From NCBI GenBank assembly GCA_965240325.2, contig OZ251240.1, forward strand, positions 868,001-932,000: a stretch of 64,000 bases of DNA, given 5' to 3'. The notes beneath the pieces were generated by a model that searched no databases, had not been told where the DNA came from, and worked only from the letters and a program-made list of their open reading frames with translations. Source of the DNA: Rebecca billardiae RCC1528 (lineage: Eukaryota; Protista; Haptophyta). The position numbers and the translations under genes are program-made. Positions 25,455 through 36,392 of this stretch are shown here, one piece after another (within the stretch, counting starts at the first letter, position 1; each line of letters opens with the position of its first letter).

Positions 25455-25560
25455 CCCCTCCGCAGCCGCGCGCCGCCCGCGCCCGCGCCGACGCCCGCAG
25501 CTTGCGCCAGCGATGTCGTACTGCTTCCCGCGCCTCGCGCGCCTTCCGCGTGGCCACACG

Positions 25561-26649
25561 ATGGCGGGCGACTCGCCGCGCGAGTGGCGGCTTCATAACC
25601 AGCGGCCTGGCGAGGTGGACCCGGCGGTCAGAAGCGGCGACTGCGTGGCCGTGAAGAAGCTCGGCGCCACTGGCACTGTCGCTGCGCTTCACGGTGAGAC
25701 CGCGGCCGTGACGGTCCCCGATCCGCGCTGCCCGGCGGTGCCCAAAGCGCTTGAGGTGCATGCGAGCCAGCTCACGCGCGTGTACGCTGACGGGGTGGTG
25801 GCGTGCCCGGAGACCGACGTCTTCCGCCTCCTCGCCGCCACGCAGCTCCGACAGGATGACGTCTGCGTCGAGCTCGGCTCGTGCTACGGCCACACGACGG
25901 CGGTGCTTGCCAAGCACTGCGCGCTTGTCGTCGGCGTCGACACATCTCAGTCCGCGGTCGCTGCAGCGCGCGAGGCGTACCCTCAGCTCGAGTTCCGGCA
26001 GTTCGACGTGATCGAGGAGCCGTACCTCCTCGCGGACGTCGCCGACGCGTGCACCGTGTGCTTCGTCGACATCGGCGGCAACCGCGAGCTCGAGGCGCTC
26101 TGCCGGCTGCTGCCACTCGTCGAGGCTCTGCTGAGGCCGCGGCTCGTGTGCGTCAAGAGCCGCGCGCTGTATGCCGCGGCGGAGGCGCATGCGCAGCGGC
26201 ACGGCGGCGCCGCGCGCGGCCGCGTGCCGCAGGCGCACGCGTGGTGGTCAGCCATGCTGGCCGACGAGCGGCTGCAGGCGCCGGCCAAGCCGGCGAAGCA
26301 GTACCACAATGACGGCCAGGTTGACGGCGCCTCGCGCTTCACGCAGTTCCCGCTCGCCTACCTGCCGGTCGACGCGCCCGACGGCAGCGGGCGGCAGATC
26401 TGCCGCTTCCACAACTACGGCGTGTGCAAGCGAAGCGAGGGCGAGTGTCACTACGACCATGCGCACTGCCACCACTGCCTTGGCCGCGGGCACCGCGCGA
26501 AAAACTGCAGCGCGCGCAGTCCGCTGGAAGTGCGCCCCGCGACGCGCGACTGGGCCGACTGCCGTCCCAGCGCGCCGGCATCGGCGGCTGACGATGCTCG
26601 GATGCCCGAAGCGGGCGGCCCGGCGCAATCTCGAGCAGCCGTCTCGTGA
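25561..26649 (+). CDS. SAM-dependent methyltransferase-like protein with C-terminal CCCH finger and CCHC knuckle
   Basis: VELGSCYGHTT..LA..VVGVDTS (motifs I and II), CFVDIGGNR, then CRFHNYGVCKRSEGECHYDH and CHHCLGRGHRAKNC. Confidence 0.8.
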   Translation: MAGDSPREWRLHNQRPGEVDPAVRSGDCVAVKKLGATGTVAALHGETAAVTVPDPRCPAVPKALEVHASQLTRVYADGVVACPETDVFRLLAATQLRQDDVCVELGSCYGHTTAVLAKHCALVVGVDTSQSAVAAAREAYPQLEFRQFDVIEEPYLLADVADACTVCFVDIGGNRELEALCRLLPLVEALLRPRLVCVKSRALYAAAEAHAQRHGGAARGRVPQAHAWWSAMLADERLQAPAKPAKQYHNDGQVDGASRFTQFPLAYLPVDAPDGSGRQICRFHNYGVCKRSEGECHYDHAHCHHCLGRGHRAKNCSARSPLEVRPATRDWADCRPSAPASAADDARMPEAGGPAQSRAAVS

Positions 26650-26972
26650 TGCGGCGTGGTGGTGCTCGCTGCCGTGCTGTACTGTACGCTTACAAAATAT
26701 ACCGCCACATTTTGTAAGCCCCTTGATTGGACTTGGTCGCTCCCAAAAGTGGCTGGCGTGCGGCTAGATCTCCCCCTTTCTACGAGTTCGCCCCCTTTCT
26801 ATTTTCGCGGTGGTACACTTGTTGCACCCCCATGACTTTACACACTCATGTTTAGTCATCATTCATCCGCACGTGCCCACCGCGTCACTGGTTCCGCGGT
26901 CGGAAGAACATCCCGAAGCGGGAGGCGGTTGCCCACGGCCGTCCGCCACTCCGCCGCGGATTTGAGGCGACA

Positions 26973-27587
26973 ATGTCGTCCCGCGCGAGCCGCGAGCAGC
27001 TGGTCGGGCAGCTCAGCCCGAATGTTCGCGCATCGCTCGGTTCAAGCCCGCTCGTGCGCAGACTTCTGCTGTCGCACGGGCTGAAATTTGGCACGCATTC
27101 GGAAGCACGTGGCACGACAGCGCAGCCGTCGCCCTCGGACGAGCCCAACTTCGAGCCACACCACAAAAAGCCGCGCACAGGAGAGCTCGTACAGCGCGCC
27201 AGTCTCAGATCGGACTTGCTCTCAGCCGCCATCACCGACGGCGACCCTCCTACACGCCAACATCTCAGCTTGCCGGACATGTTGCCAGCTGCACGCCGTC
27301 ATGCAGCATCGGATGTTGTGCTCCGGCACTTCCGAGACAACCTCGTCTCCTCGGCGGTCAGCAGGGTGGAGCGCTGCGGCCGGCAACCTGTCATTCGGCA
27401 AGTGCACTCCCTGGTCAAGCGGTGGCACGAGCACGGCCTCCGCCAGGTCAGCTCGCGCGCGGCCGAACTCGGCGTGCTGCGAGCGGTGCTCGTCGCGGTG
27501 CTGGACGCGCCTGAGCCGCCGCAGCCGGCGCGCACGGTTGACCTGGACGCTGCCTCGGCACTTCTCTGCCTGTGCTCGGGGGGGTGA
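26973..27587 (+). CDS. Hypothetical 204-aa protein (possible nuclear protein or TE remnant)
   Basis: ATG-started ORF with non-shadow composition and an HKKPR basic patch; no family recognised. Confidence 0.35.
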   Translation: MSSRASREQLVGQLSPNVRASLGSSPLVRRLLLSHGLKFGTHSEARGTTAQPSPSDEPNFEPHHKKPRTGELVQRASLRSDLLSAAITDGDPPTRQHLSLPDMLPAARRHAASDVVLRHFRDNLVSSAVSRVERCGRQPVIRQVHSLVKRWHEHGLRQVSSRAAELGVLRAVLVAVLDAPEPPQPARTVDLDAASALLCLCSGG

Positions 27588-28153
27588 GCCGGGCGTGCGC
27601 AACCATTCCCTATCTCGCGCCCAAGTCCTGCGGCATGTGGCAGTCGGAGGAAGTGGCGTCAAGCAGACTTAGTAGCAGTCCGCGCAGGCTTCGAATCAGT
27701 CTTCGATGCCTGGACAGCCGCATGTTTTCTACCGAGATTCTCGGCCCCTGCCACGAGTTCAGACGAATTGACCAGCATCGTCGGTAGACGGTAGAAAGCC
27801 GCCTGTCTGAGGCGGCCTGTGCCGAGTCACCGACGACTTATTGCACTATTAATAGATAGGTCTGTGAGTAGTATCAGATTGAGATAGGTCGTAGTTCGTT
27901 ATTATTTTTTTAAAATTATAAACTAATACGACTACTAATAGTAGCATCAGCGCAGCTAGCTTCTTATTATAAATAGTATTATAAAGTAGTATCGTCGTTG
28001 TATTATACTAATAATAAATAATAATAATATCATATATATATATGATTAATGCATGCTGTCCATACTAAACACTAGTGACCTACAAGTACATATAATGCCG
28101 ATATATCATGCACTAGTGCGGCGGCGCCGACGGAGTTCGGTACAGTACTGTTA

Positions 28154-28201
28154 CAGTTTACTAAGAATAAGAGACGCACACAGCTCAGGCAGGCGAGATT
28201 G
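28154..28201 (+). repeat. 48-bp dispersed micro-element, TA-flanked copy
   Basis: TA-CAGTTTACTAAGAATAAGAGACGCACACAGCTCAGGCAGGCGAGATTG-TA; identical to 30819..30866. Confidence 0.85.
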
Positions 28202-28788
28202 TAGAATACTCCGATGAAGCCAGTATTACTATTAGGCCACCGCGCGCCGTGCCCCGCGTGCCCGTCAGTCGGCAGTAGTCTGCCGCGCGGATTAATTAAT
28301 AAAATTATTACGCGGTGTCCGCCGTGGGCGGTGGGTCCGACTACTCACTGGGCGCCAGTGGCCCGGCGGGGCGTGGCCCGTCCGACTCCGAGGACGCCGA
28401 GGACGGTAGCACTACCGGCAGAGCCTGCTGTGAGCCCTGCTGAGCCGGGCTGCACCGCCGCCCGCAGCACTGCGTCCGACTCACTCACAGTCTCACTCCG
28501 CGCTGTCGAGTGTCGTTGACTACTTACTCGCGCCGCCGTCACTCACTCACTACACATACTAGTACACGGGAGAGTGAGCCAACGTGCGAGAGCGAACGAG
28601 GCGCTGAGCACGTCCGATGCTGGCGAGAGACATCCCGAGCGTCGCGTTCTCGACCACGCCAGCCGGCGCGCTTCACGCCGGCCGCCGCAGCGCCCGCACT
28701 CTAGTTATTCGCCTGTTGTCGCCCTCGCCGCGGGGGCGCCAAGCCAGGATGAAACTCGACCGAGCGTTCCATACAAGTAAGAGGTTCG

Positions 28789-30678
28789 TCACACGAGCTC
28801 CACCCCCGCACGCCGCCCAGGCCTCTGCGTGCGCCCGGAGCCGCACAGCGGCCAGCCGCAGCCGCGCATGTGTGCGGGGTACTCGCCAAACTCCTCCTCG
28901 GCATCAGCCTCGGCGTGCGCCGCACCTGCAGCGCCGTCAGACTTGGCCAGGGCACCGGACTCGGCGGAGGCCTCGAAGAGCTCCGGCTCGAGGCGCACGA
29001 GCAGGAGTGGCGCCAAGCACGCGAGCAGCTCCGGCCGCGCGCGCGCCGTGCGCCGGAATCCGCTGAAGTCGAGTGCGTCATCGCGGGTGGTGTGCGCGGC
29101 CGCCCACAGCGCGAGCGCGGCCTGATCGCTCAGCCCAAGCCCCGGTGGGGGCGCAGTCACTAGTCGCAGCAGCCGCTCGCGCGGCACCAGCCCGCCCGGC
29201 TCGGCCGCCTCCGCCGGACCCGGCGGTGGCGGCGTGCCGGTGAGCGCCGCCCACCACAGCACCTCCGCTGCGCGCCGGTGCGCCTCGCTCGCGCCGGCCG
29301 TGCGCATCAGCAGCGCCGCATGCAGCCAGTCGGCAAACGTGACGACGCCGTCCCCGTCCACGTCGAGCGCGCGGAAGGCCAGCTCGAGCTCGGCTCGAAG
29401 GAAGCGCGCGGCCACGTCCTCGCCCACGCGGGGCGTCGGGCTCGGGCCCGCGCCGGCCGCGTCGGGCGTGCGCGGCGGGGCACGCGAGCCGCCGCGCGCC
29501 GCCGGCCCCGGCCCGTCGCCTGCGGGCGCGCCCTCTGAGCCGAGCCACTCGGCGAGGGTGAGCTCGCCGCGCCGCCGGGCGTCCAGCCGCGCGAACTCGG
29601 CGAGCGCGGCCTTGAGCCCGTCGCGGTCGACGCCGAACGCGGCCTGGAGCGCGGCCGCGCCCACCACCGCGCTCGCCGTCGGCATGCCCAGCCTCGCCGC
29701 GCGCGTCTGCAGCACCACGTCGTCTTGCGAGTGGCCAGTCGTTGGCACGCCGAGCGCTGACGCCATCCGCTCGCGCACGTTGGCCGCAAACAGCTGCGGG
29801 TCGGCGCGCTCGGCGGCGTTCGGCACGTACGGCGGGAGGTACTCGACCTGCATGTGGTTGACGAACTGCGTGAGCAGCCGCAGCACGATCTTCAGCGACG
29901 AGCCGTTGCCGTACACCCAGCTCGGGTCCGCGTGGCTGTGCGGCAGCTTGACAATCACCGGCTGCACGGCCGCGCCCGGCGCAAAGGCGCCGTGCTTGAA
30001 CGAGATCAGGGTGGTGCCGTTGGTGACGGTGCCCTCGGGGAAGACGGCGACCTGCGGGAAAGGCTGCTCGGACAGCGCGCGCCGGCTGATCTCCGCGAGC
30101 ACGTCCGCGCGCGACGTCGGCGACGCGCGGTCGACGAGGATCGTCTGCATCGCGCGCGCCATCGCCGAGAAGAGCGGCACGTCCACGTTCTCCGCCGCGG
30201 CGACGAAGCACGAGCCGTGGCGCGCGGCGAGGTAGATGGGCTCGACGAAGCCGCGGTGGTTGCACACGAGGATCGGCGCCTCGTGCCGCGCCGCGGGCCG
30301 CCCCTTCTCCTCGATCCAGTAGTAGCCTGCGATGAAGAGCTGCAGTCTGAAGAGCAGCCTCATCACGCCCACGAGCAGCTGGCGTGGGCGCGAGAGCGAG
30401 CGCGGCGGGTGCGCCGACAGCGCCTCGTCGGGGAGGAATGCAATGGCGAGGCGCGCGAACACCCACTCGAGCAGCATGCACAGCGCCACGCCCACCAGCC
30501 GCACGGGCAACAGCGTGACGGCGGTGATGCACGTCTTGACGACGTCAAACACGCTCACCGGTCGGCTGCCGACAGCGGTCGGCACGAATGGGTTGATGGG
30601 CTCGGGTATGCGCCTGGGTGTTGGTTTCGCACCACTCAGCCCGTTCGCTGACGTCGACGGGGTCGGCGCGACCGACAT
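28789..30678 (-). CDS. Lysophospholipid acyltransferase (LPCAT/LPEAT-like) with EF-hands; single exon
   Basis: ILVCNHRGFVEP, ILVDR, VFPEGTVTNG..LISFKHGAFAPG..VQPV; EF-hand DVDGDGVVTFADW. Confidence 0.93.
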   Translation of the reverse strand: MSVAPTPSTSANGLSGAKPTPRRIPEPINPFVPTAVGSRPVSVFDVVKTCITAVTLLPVRLVGVALCMLLEWVFARLAIAFLPDEALSAHPPRSLSRPRQLLVGVMRLLFRLQLFIAGYYWIEEKGRPAARHEAPILVCNHRGFVEPIYLAARHGSCFVAAAENVDVPLFSAMARAMQTILVDRASPTSRADVLAEISRRALSEQPFPQVAVFPEGTVTNGTTLISFKHGAFAPGAAVQPVIVKLPHSHADPSWVYGNGSSLKIVLRLLTQFVNHMQVEYLPPYVPNAAERADPQLFAANVRERMASALGVPTTGHSQDDVVLQTRAARLGMPTASAVVGAAALQAAFGVDRDGLKAALAEFARLDARRRGELTLAEWLGSEGAPAGDGPGPAARGGSRAPPRTPDAAGAGPSPTPRVGEDVAARFLRAELELAFRALDVDGDGVVTFADWLHAALLMRTAGASEAHRRAAEVLWWAALTGTPPPPGPAEAAEPGGLVPRERLLRLVTAPPPGLGLSDQAALALWAAAHTTRDDALDFSGFRRTARARPELLACLAPLLLVRLEPELFEASAESGALAKSDGAAGAAHAEADAEEEFGEYPAHMRGCGWPLCGSGRTQRPGRRAGVELV

Positions 30679-30802
30679 GATGACTGAGCTGCGGTCGCGG
30701 GGTCACGCCGGGACCACGGCCACGCCCCACGCGACAAGTCGCAGCAGCTGTCGGAGGCGGGCGCTCAATTTTTCCAATTCGGGTCGGGCCTACGGGCGCC
30801 TA

Positions 30803-30866
30803 CAGTTTACTAAGAATACAGTTTACTAAGAATAAGAGACGCACACAGCTCAGGCAGGCGAGATTG
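30803..30866 (+). repeat. 48-bp micro-element with tandem duplication of its first 16 bp, inside a divergent promoter
   Basis: tacagtttactaagaa-tacagtttactaagaataagagacgcacacagctcaggcaggcgagattg. Confidence 0.85.
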
Positions 30867-30910
30867 ACGCAGTACAAGCTCGCGAGCTCAGCTTTTCGTC
30901 CTGCGCCACG

Positions 30911-31504
30911 ATGGCTGGTGGGGGTGTGCTGGCAGTGCTGGGTGCACTTGCCTGGGCACCACCAGCCTCGCTTGCACGTAACCCGCCCGCGAGCACCTTC
31001 CGCGTCGCGCAGCCCGTGCACACGCATTGCCAGCACCCGACCCCGCCTGGTCGGGCGCGTGTCGCGGCCATCGGCCTGCAGCCAGAGGACGTGCCGCTCG
31101 TCGCGGCCGGCGCTCTTATCGCGGTGGGCGCTGGCGCTCTGCAGCTCTCGCTGGCTTCGGGGAAGCGCGGACTAGGGGCGTTTCTCGCGCAGGAGAAATC
31201 CAAAAATCCCTTCTATTCGCGCACATTCAAGGCCGATGAGCCCCAGCCGCCTGCCTGGTGGCCGGAGTGGCTGCGATTGCCCGAGTTGGACTACGTCGAG
31301 GTGTACGGGCAGGAGCCGAGGCGGCCGACGGGGGTGCGCAGGGAGATGGACCCGGCGGAGCTCGAGAGCTCGCGGCGGGAGCTCGAGCGGCTGATGCAAG
31401 TCGATGTGGACGCAGAGCTGGGGCGGGGCGAGGGCGGCGGTTCTGGCGGTGCCTCGTCGGCAGGCGATTCGGACGGCGACATGTCGGACTCGGAATCCGA
31501 CTAG
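30911..31504 (+). CDS. Small hypothetical membrane protein, probably plastid-targeted
   Basis: Signal-like start, Arg/Pro-rich transit-like segment, one TM helix, then GLGAFLAQEKSKNPFY...LRLPELDYVEVYG and an acidic tail. Confidence 0.7.
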   Translation: MAGGGVLAVLGALAWAPPASLARNPPASTFRVAQPVHTHCQHPTPPGRARVAAIGLQPEDVPLVAAGALIAVGAGALQLSLASGKRGLGAFLAQEKSKNPFYSRTFKADEPQPPAWWPEWLRLPELDYVEVYGQEPRRPTGVRREMDPAELESSRRELERLMQVDVDAELGRGEGGGSGGASSAGDSDGDMSDSESD

Positions 31505-32046
31505 GGCTGAGCCTGACGGGCGGCCTGCGGGGTGGCTCCGGGGCCCGGGGCCGTCCTGCGCTGTCGCGCGGAAGAGTGAGGTCAATCGTGCCGACAGTTT
31601 CATCTGCTCGTTCAGCGTGTCAACCCTGCTGCTTGCAGCCGAGCGGCCGCCGCTGGGCGGGGCCGCGCCGCCCCGGGCCTGACTCGGCCGGGCCGGCGGC
31701 CGCCCGCCGCTCCGGCTGACCCCGCGGCGCGACTGCTAAGACCTGATGAGTCTTCACTCATGAGCTGCAAACCGCGACTCACGACTCTGCTACTCAGTCA
31801 GATGCCGTGCTCGTAGCAGTGGCATCGATCCGTGCATTTTTGATTGCAGCGCAGCATGATGGCGTTTTAATAATATTCCGCCGCCTGTCCGGCCAAAATA
31901 CGAACGACGTTACGGAGAAATACATAGCCGAGCGAACGATGGCCGACTGCTCGGGGCAGTAGCGAACCCGCCCGCTACTAATCTTTGCCATCAATCACCC
32001 CCTGTCTGAGGGCGGGCGGCGCGGGCAAGGGCCGCGGTAGCCACCC

Positions 32047-33315
32047 ATGTCGCAGGATCGCAACGTACCATGGGATCCGATGAAGGCGTTCGGTGGCTCG
32101 TCCTTCGGCGCGCAGCCTGCGAGCACTCGCGCGACGGCTCCTGCTCACGGGTTTGGCACCGGTGTGCGCGAGCAGATCGAGAAGATCTACCTGAGCAAGG
32201 AGCACGCAAAGTACATCGTCCCCGATGTGCCTGCGCCCATGCATGTCACAGAGCACGCTCTCGGGCGGCAGCATCTCTCGTACAAGCGGACGGCGCCCGC
32301 GTACGCATTTGCGCGCGCGGACCGCTTTGCCGTGTCGAGCAGCTGGTCGGGTGCCAACATCCCGGGCCCGGGCGCGTACACGGTGGGCTCGTCCATCGGG
32401 CCGCAGGTTGACGCAACGAGGGCATCCCGCCCGCGCTATGGCTTCGGTAAGAACTCGCGCTCCATCGACCACAGGCTGTGGGTGAGCGCCGAGTACAACG
32501 CGACGTTCATTGGCCGGCAGTCGCCCGCGGCCGACTACAACATTCGGACCGCGCTGGGCACGCAGCCCGAGGCACGCAGGCGCTCGGCGCCCTCGTGGTG
32601 CGCGCGTGGGCGCGCGGATGCGCGCCGCGCGCGCTCGCGTGCCCCCGCGCGCGTGCGCCGGGCCGCTCATGCCGCCATCGCTGCCGCCGCCGGTGCCGCA
32701 GGCAATTCCCGCGCTCGGAGCGGTTCAGGTACCCCCACATGAAACGCGCCGTGCAGCTGCCGGGCCCGGGCGAGTACGAGGCGTCTTCGATGATCGGGCA
32801 GCAGCGCGAGTCGCGCCGCGCGTCGGAGCCGATGCACAACTTCACCAGGGCCACGCGCGAGCAGGAGAGCAAGGTGATCCTGACGAACCCGGGTAAGGAG
32901 TCGCCAGGGCCGCAGGCTTATGCGCACAGCACGACGTCGCTCGGCACGCAGCGCGAGTCCGTGAAGCGGAGCAACCCGATGTGGTGCGTGCGCCGCGCTG
33001 CACTGCGGGGCACGGGCGGTGATCCCCCGCCGAGGGCGTGTGCGCGTAGCTGCTGGCGGCCGTGTTGCGCGAGTCGCTGGCGCATGTGGTCGTTCTCCTG
33101 CGCCTGGTCGATGAGGCGTGCGGCCCTCACGCACTCGCCGGTCCACACCTCTGCTCTGACTCGGGCCGGATTAACCCCGGCGCCTGCCCCGTGGCCGCCT
33201 CCCGCCGAACCGCCACTGCAGGCGCTTTGGCACGGGAGACCGCTTCAATGCCCCCGGCTCGCTATTGCGAGCTGACAACGGTGTACCGGGACCCGGCGCG
33301 TACTCTGGTATCTAG
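32047..33315 (+). CDS. ODF3/SHIPPO-repeat (PGPGxY) axonemal protein; 3 exons
   Basis: Repeats IPGPGAY, LPGPGEY, SPGPQAY and VPGPGAY, with PxYxFG linkers. Introns at 32598..32701 and 32984..33221. Confidence 0.88.
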
Positions 33316-33481
33316 GCCGCCGACATGGTCGTTGCGTCGTCGGAGTCGTCGTGTGACGGAGCAGCGTCGCCTAAAAGGTAGTGAGGTCGCCTTGACGCAG
33401 GGCACGTCTTAAAAATAATAATGGCGAAAGGTCCGACGACGATCTTTTTCGTTCGTCAATTACAATGCACTACCCCCATAT

Positions 33482-33964
33482 TAACGACGTGGCAGCATCC
33501 GACAAGCGTCAGGCTCAGAGTGCAACAGACACATAGAATGCGTCCGCGCCTAGTCCGTCCAGGTCAGACAGTGCGCCACCCGCAGCCCTGCCCCCCTACG
33601 GGAGCGGGGCCGGGATGGAGCACCGCCTCGGCCTGGGGCACGCGGCGGCGACGGCAGATGCCGCCGCGGCCGAGCGCCTTCCGGAGCACTTGGATGAGGG
33701 TGAGGTCGTAGTCGATGTCGCCGCCCGCCGACCTAGCGGCGAGCAGCTCCGGCAAGCGGCAGCCGCGGCTGTCGCCCCCGTGCGCCCGTGTGGGCGCCTG
33801 GATGAGGATGAGGTCGTAGTACGCGTCGCCGCGCGCCGGCCAAGCGGCGCGCAGCTGCAGAAGAGGGGCTCGGAGAGTGAGCGCGCCGCCTAGCGCGCTC
33901 TGGGCGATGAAGCAGATGAGGTGGTAGTCGATGTCGCAGCCCGGCCCGCCGGCGGGCTGCTGCA
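33482..33964. mobile_element. 0.48-kb interspersed element flanked by a 12-16 bp direct repeat (TSD)
   Basis: tgcactacccccatat at 33466-33481 and 33961-33976; a second copy with the same endpoints lies at 59464..59839. Confidence 0.8.
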
Positions 33965-34183
33965 CTACCCCCATATGGGGAGAATTCGTCAGTGAATCAC
34001 AGTCTGAATGATGATAGATCGCAATTGGGTCCACTAACTATGTTTCCGCCGGTTGAGGATTGGCTGTTCGCCCGCTTGACCGAGGATGTCATTGATCATC
34101 TTCTAGCATCTTCAAGAATCAGTCCTCAGATTCCCCGTCTTTCATGATTAGGGGTGCGGGTAGAGACATAATCGCAATACCCG

Positions 34184-36245
34184 ATGGTCGCGCGACCGTT
34201 CAATTTGCAGAACGCTGGTGCGTCGGCCCCCCCGCATCTCGATTGTGCACGCACCTGCGCACGGCGGACGCCGATGCCGCCAGGTGCTCCGCCGGGCACG
34301 TCGACCCCTGAGGCCTGCCATCTGCGCTCGGTCACGTCCTTCGGCCGTCTCGCCCGCCGCTCGTTCAAGTCGTTTCCCTCGGCCGGAGCGGACGTGCCGA
34401 GCCAATCGGAGGCCGCGCCCTTCGCAGTGCGTGGCGTGCCACTCAGCGACATCCTGCGCAACGCTTCCGTGCTCCTCTCGGCGGAGGGAACCCTCGCGTT
34501 CAATGCTGCGCAAGCCAGCGACGCGCCGCACGCGCTCGCCGCTAGACACGACGACGACGACGCGAGCATGCGTGTGTGCGCCGCGGTCGCACATGCGCTG
34601 GGCGTCTCTCGCAAGCCGTCGGGTGATCAGCGGCGGTTAGATCCGTTCGAGCTGTCGGAGCCGTGCGTGCAGCTTGATATCTTCTTGAGCCACTCATGGG
34701 GCGCGTCGCCCGCGCTCAAGGTGCTCGCGCTGCGATTGCATGCCAACGCGCTGCCTGCCTTTGCCGCCGCCAACGCGGCCGCTGGATGCTGCGCGGCGCT
34801 CACGTGGGCACGCCTGCTGCCGCGGGCGCACCTCGCGTACTCCGCCACGGGCACTTTCGGCTTTGGCTTCTCGCACGCCGCGTACACCGCCGTCTTCGTC
34901 GGCGGCGTGCTCTGGGGCAACGGCTGGACGCGCGGCGCGCGCACACGCTGCTTTCTGGACAAGGCGTGCATCGTTCAGAACGACGAGGCTCGGAAGGCGG
35001 AGGGCATCGCGCACGTGGACGAGGCGATCGCGCGTTCGAGCCGGTTCCTGCTGCTCTGGTCGCCCGCGTACTTTGAGCGGCTCTGTGCGCGCGCCGCGCC
35101 CGCCGCCGCCCCTGACACCGCGTGCCCGCGTGCCCACACACCCTGCGGCACTGGGCCTGAGCAGGCCGCGCCACGCGCTGCGCACGTGCGGCGCACCGCA
35201 CCGCGCGCGCGGCGCAGGGTGCGTCTTCGAGCTGGCGGCGTTCCTCACCACCCACCCGCCGTCGGACGTGGAGCTCCTCCCGCTCGTGCTGCCCGCGGTC
35301 GGGCTGGCCATCACCCTCGCGTACGGCATCGGCCTGAGTGCCTACTGGTACGTAGCGCACCTGTCTCTCGTGGATGCGAGCGCTGGCGGACCACTCGCGC
35401 TGATGCGGAGCATGATGCCGCCGTTCCTGCTGCCGACGCTCGTTGTCGGCTGGCTGCACTCGGTCACGCTGCACAACCAGTGGCAGCTCGAGGAGCAGCT
35501 GGCCAAGTTCCGCGTCGAGCGCACGCGCTGCTTCTGCTGCGATGTCGGCCACCGCGGGCCGGACGGATCGGCCGTCCATTGCGACAGGGCCACAATCCTG
35601 TCCAAGCTGCAGCGCTGGTTTGGCGATGCCGCGCCGCTCTCCGGTGGCGCCACGCCGGCGGCCTCGCCTCGAGCGGCGCATCGACTTTCGCCCCGAGACC
35701 TGCGCTCTGGCCGAGTCGAGCCGCGCCCGACCGGCGTGCGCGTCTTCGAGTCGATCGTGCGCGCTGAGCTACCGGCGTGCTTGCGGCACATGGCGGGTGC
35801 GTCCAACACACCCACGCCGATGCACTTGGCGCTCACGATGTACGGCGGGATCTTCTGGTTCGGCGTGGACATGGCGCTGGTGCCGCCGGGCGCGCTCGTG
35901 GTCGACGGCACGTGCGCGAACGGCTCCGCCGCCGCGGGGCTCAGGGGCGCGTACGACATTGCGGTGAGCGCGTGCGGCGGCATCGCCGTGCAATTCGCCG
36001 TGACGGCAGTCTCATGGTATCTCGCGCGGAGCCTGTGCGTGCGCGCGCAGCGGTGGGGCGTACACTCGAGCGCCGTGCACGGCGCGCTGGCTGGCACGGC
36101 GCACGCGCTCGTGTTTCTGCTCGCGTGGGCGCTGTGGGACACTCTCGTGCACGAGATGAGGCTCGACACGGTTGGAGGCGTGGGTGCGGTCGTCGGTACT
36201 GCGATGATTTGCGCCGGGCTGCGCGAGCTGTGGCGATTGTCGTGA
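34184..36245 (+). CDS. Multi-pass membrane protein with TIR-like domain; 2 exons
   Basis: DIFLSHSW ... CFLDKACI ... EAIARSSRFLLLWSPAYFERL|WCVFELAAFL across intron 35085..35217; several hydrophobic helices. Start codon uncertain. Confidence 0.8.
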
Positions 36246-36392
36246 TGTAGTGCGAGTCGTCACCATTTCACGGTCGTATGGGGGTACTGCTGGTATACGA
36301 CTCGATAGATATCCGCCGATCACGGAGTCGTCGTTACTCACTTACTGCTAGACTGTACGACTACTAGATATATTATTATTATATTATTGTAA

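Noticed and set aside
24520-25560. 5' extension of the 709-aa ORF
   Set aside because: Antisense to the SUV39-like gene; the real start is taken as the ATG at 25561.
31735-31800. Hammerhead ribozyme at CTGATGAG
   Set aside because: No GAAA core or compatible stems follow.
11143-35217. Introner elements
   Set aside because: Introns share composition and donor motif, but I saw no extended sequence identity, TIRs or TSDs between them.
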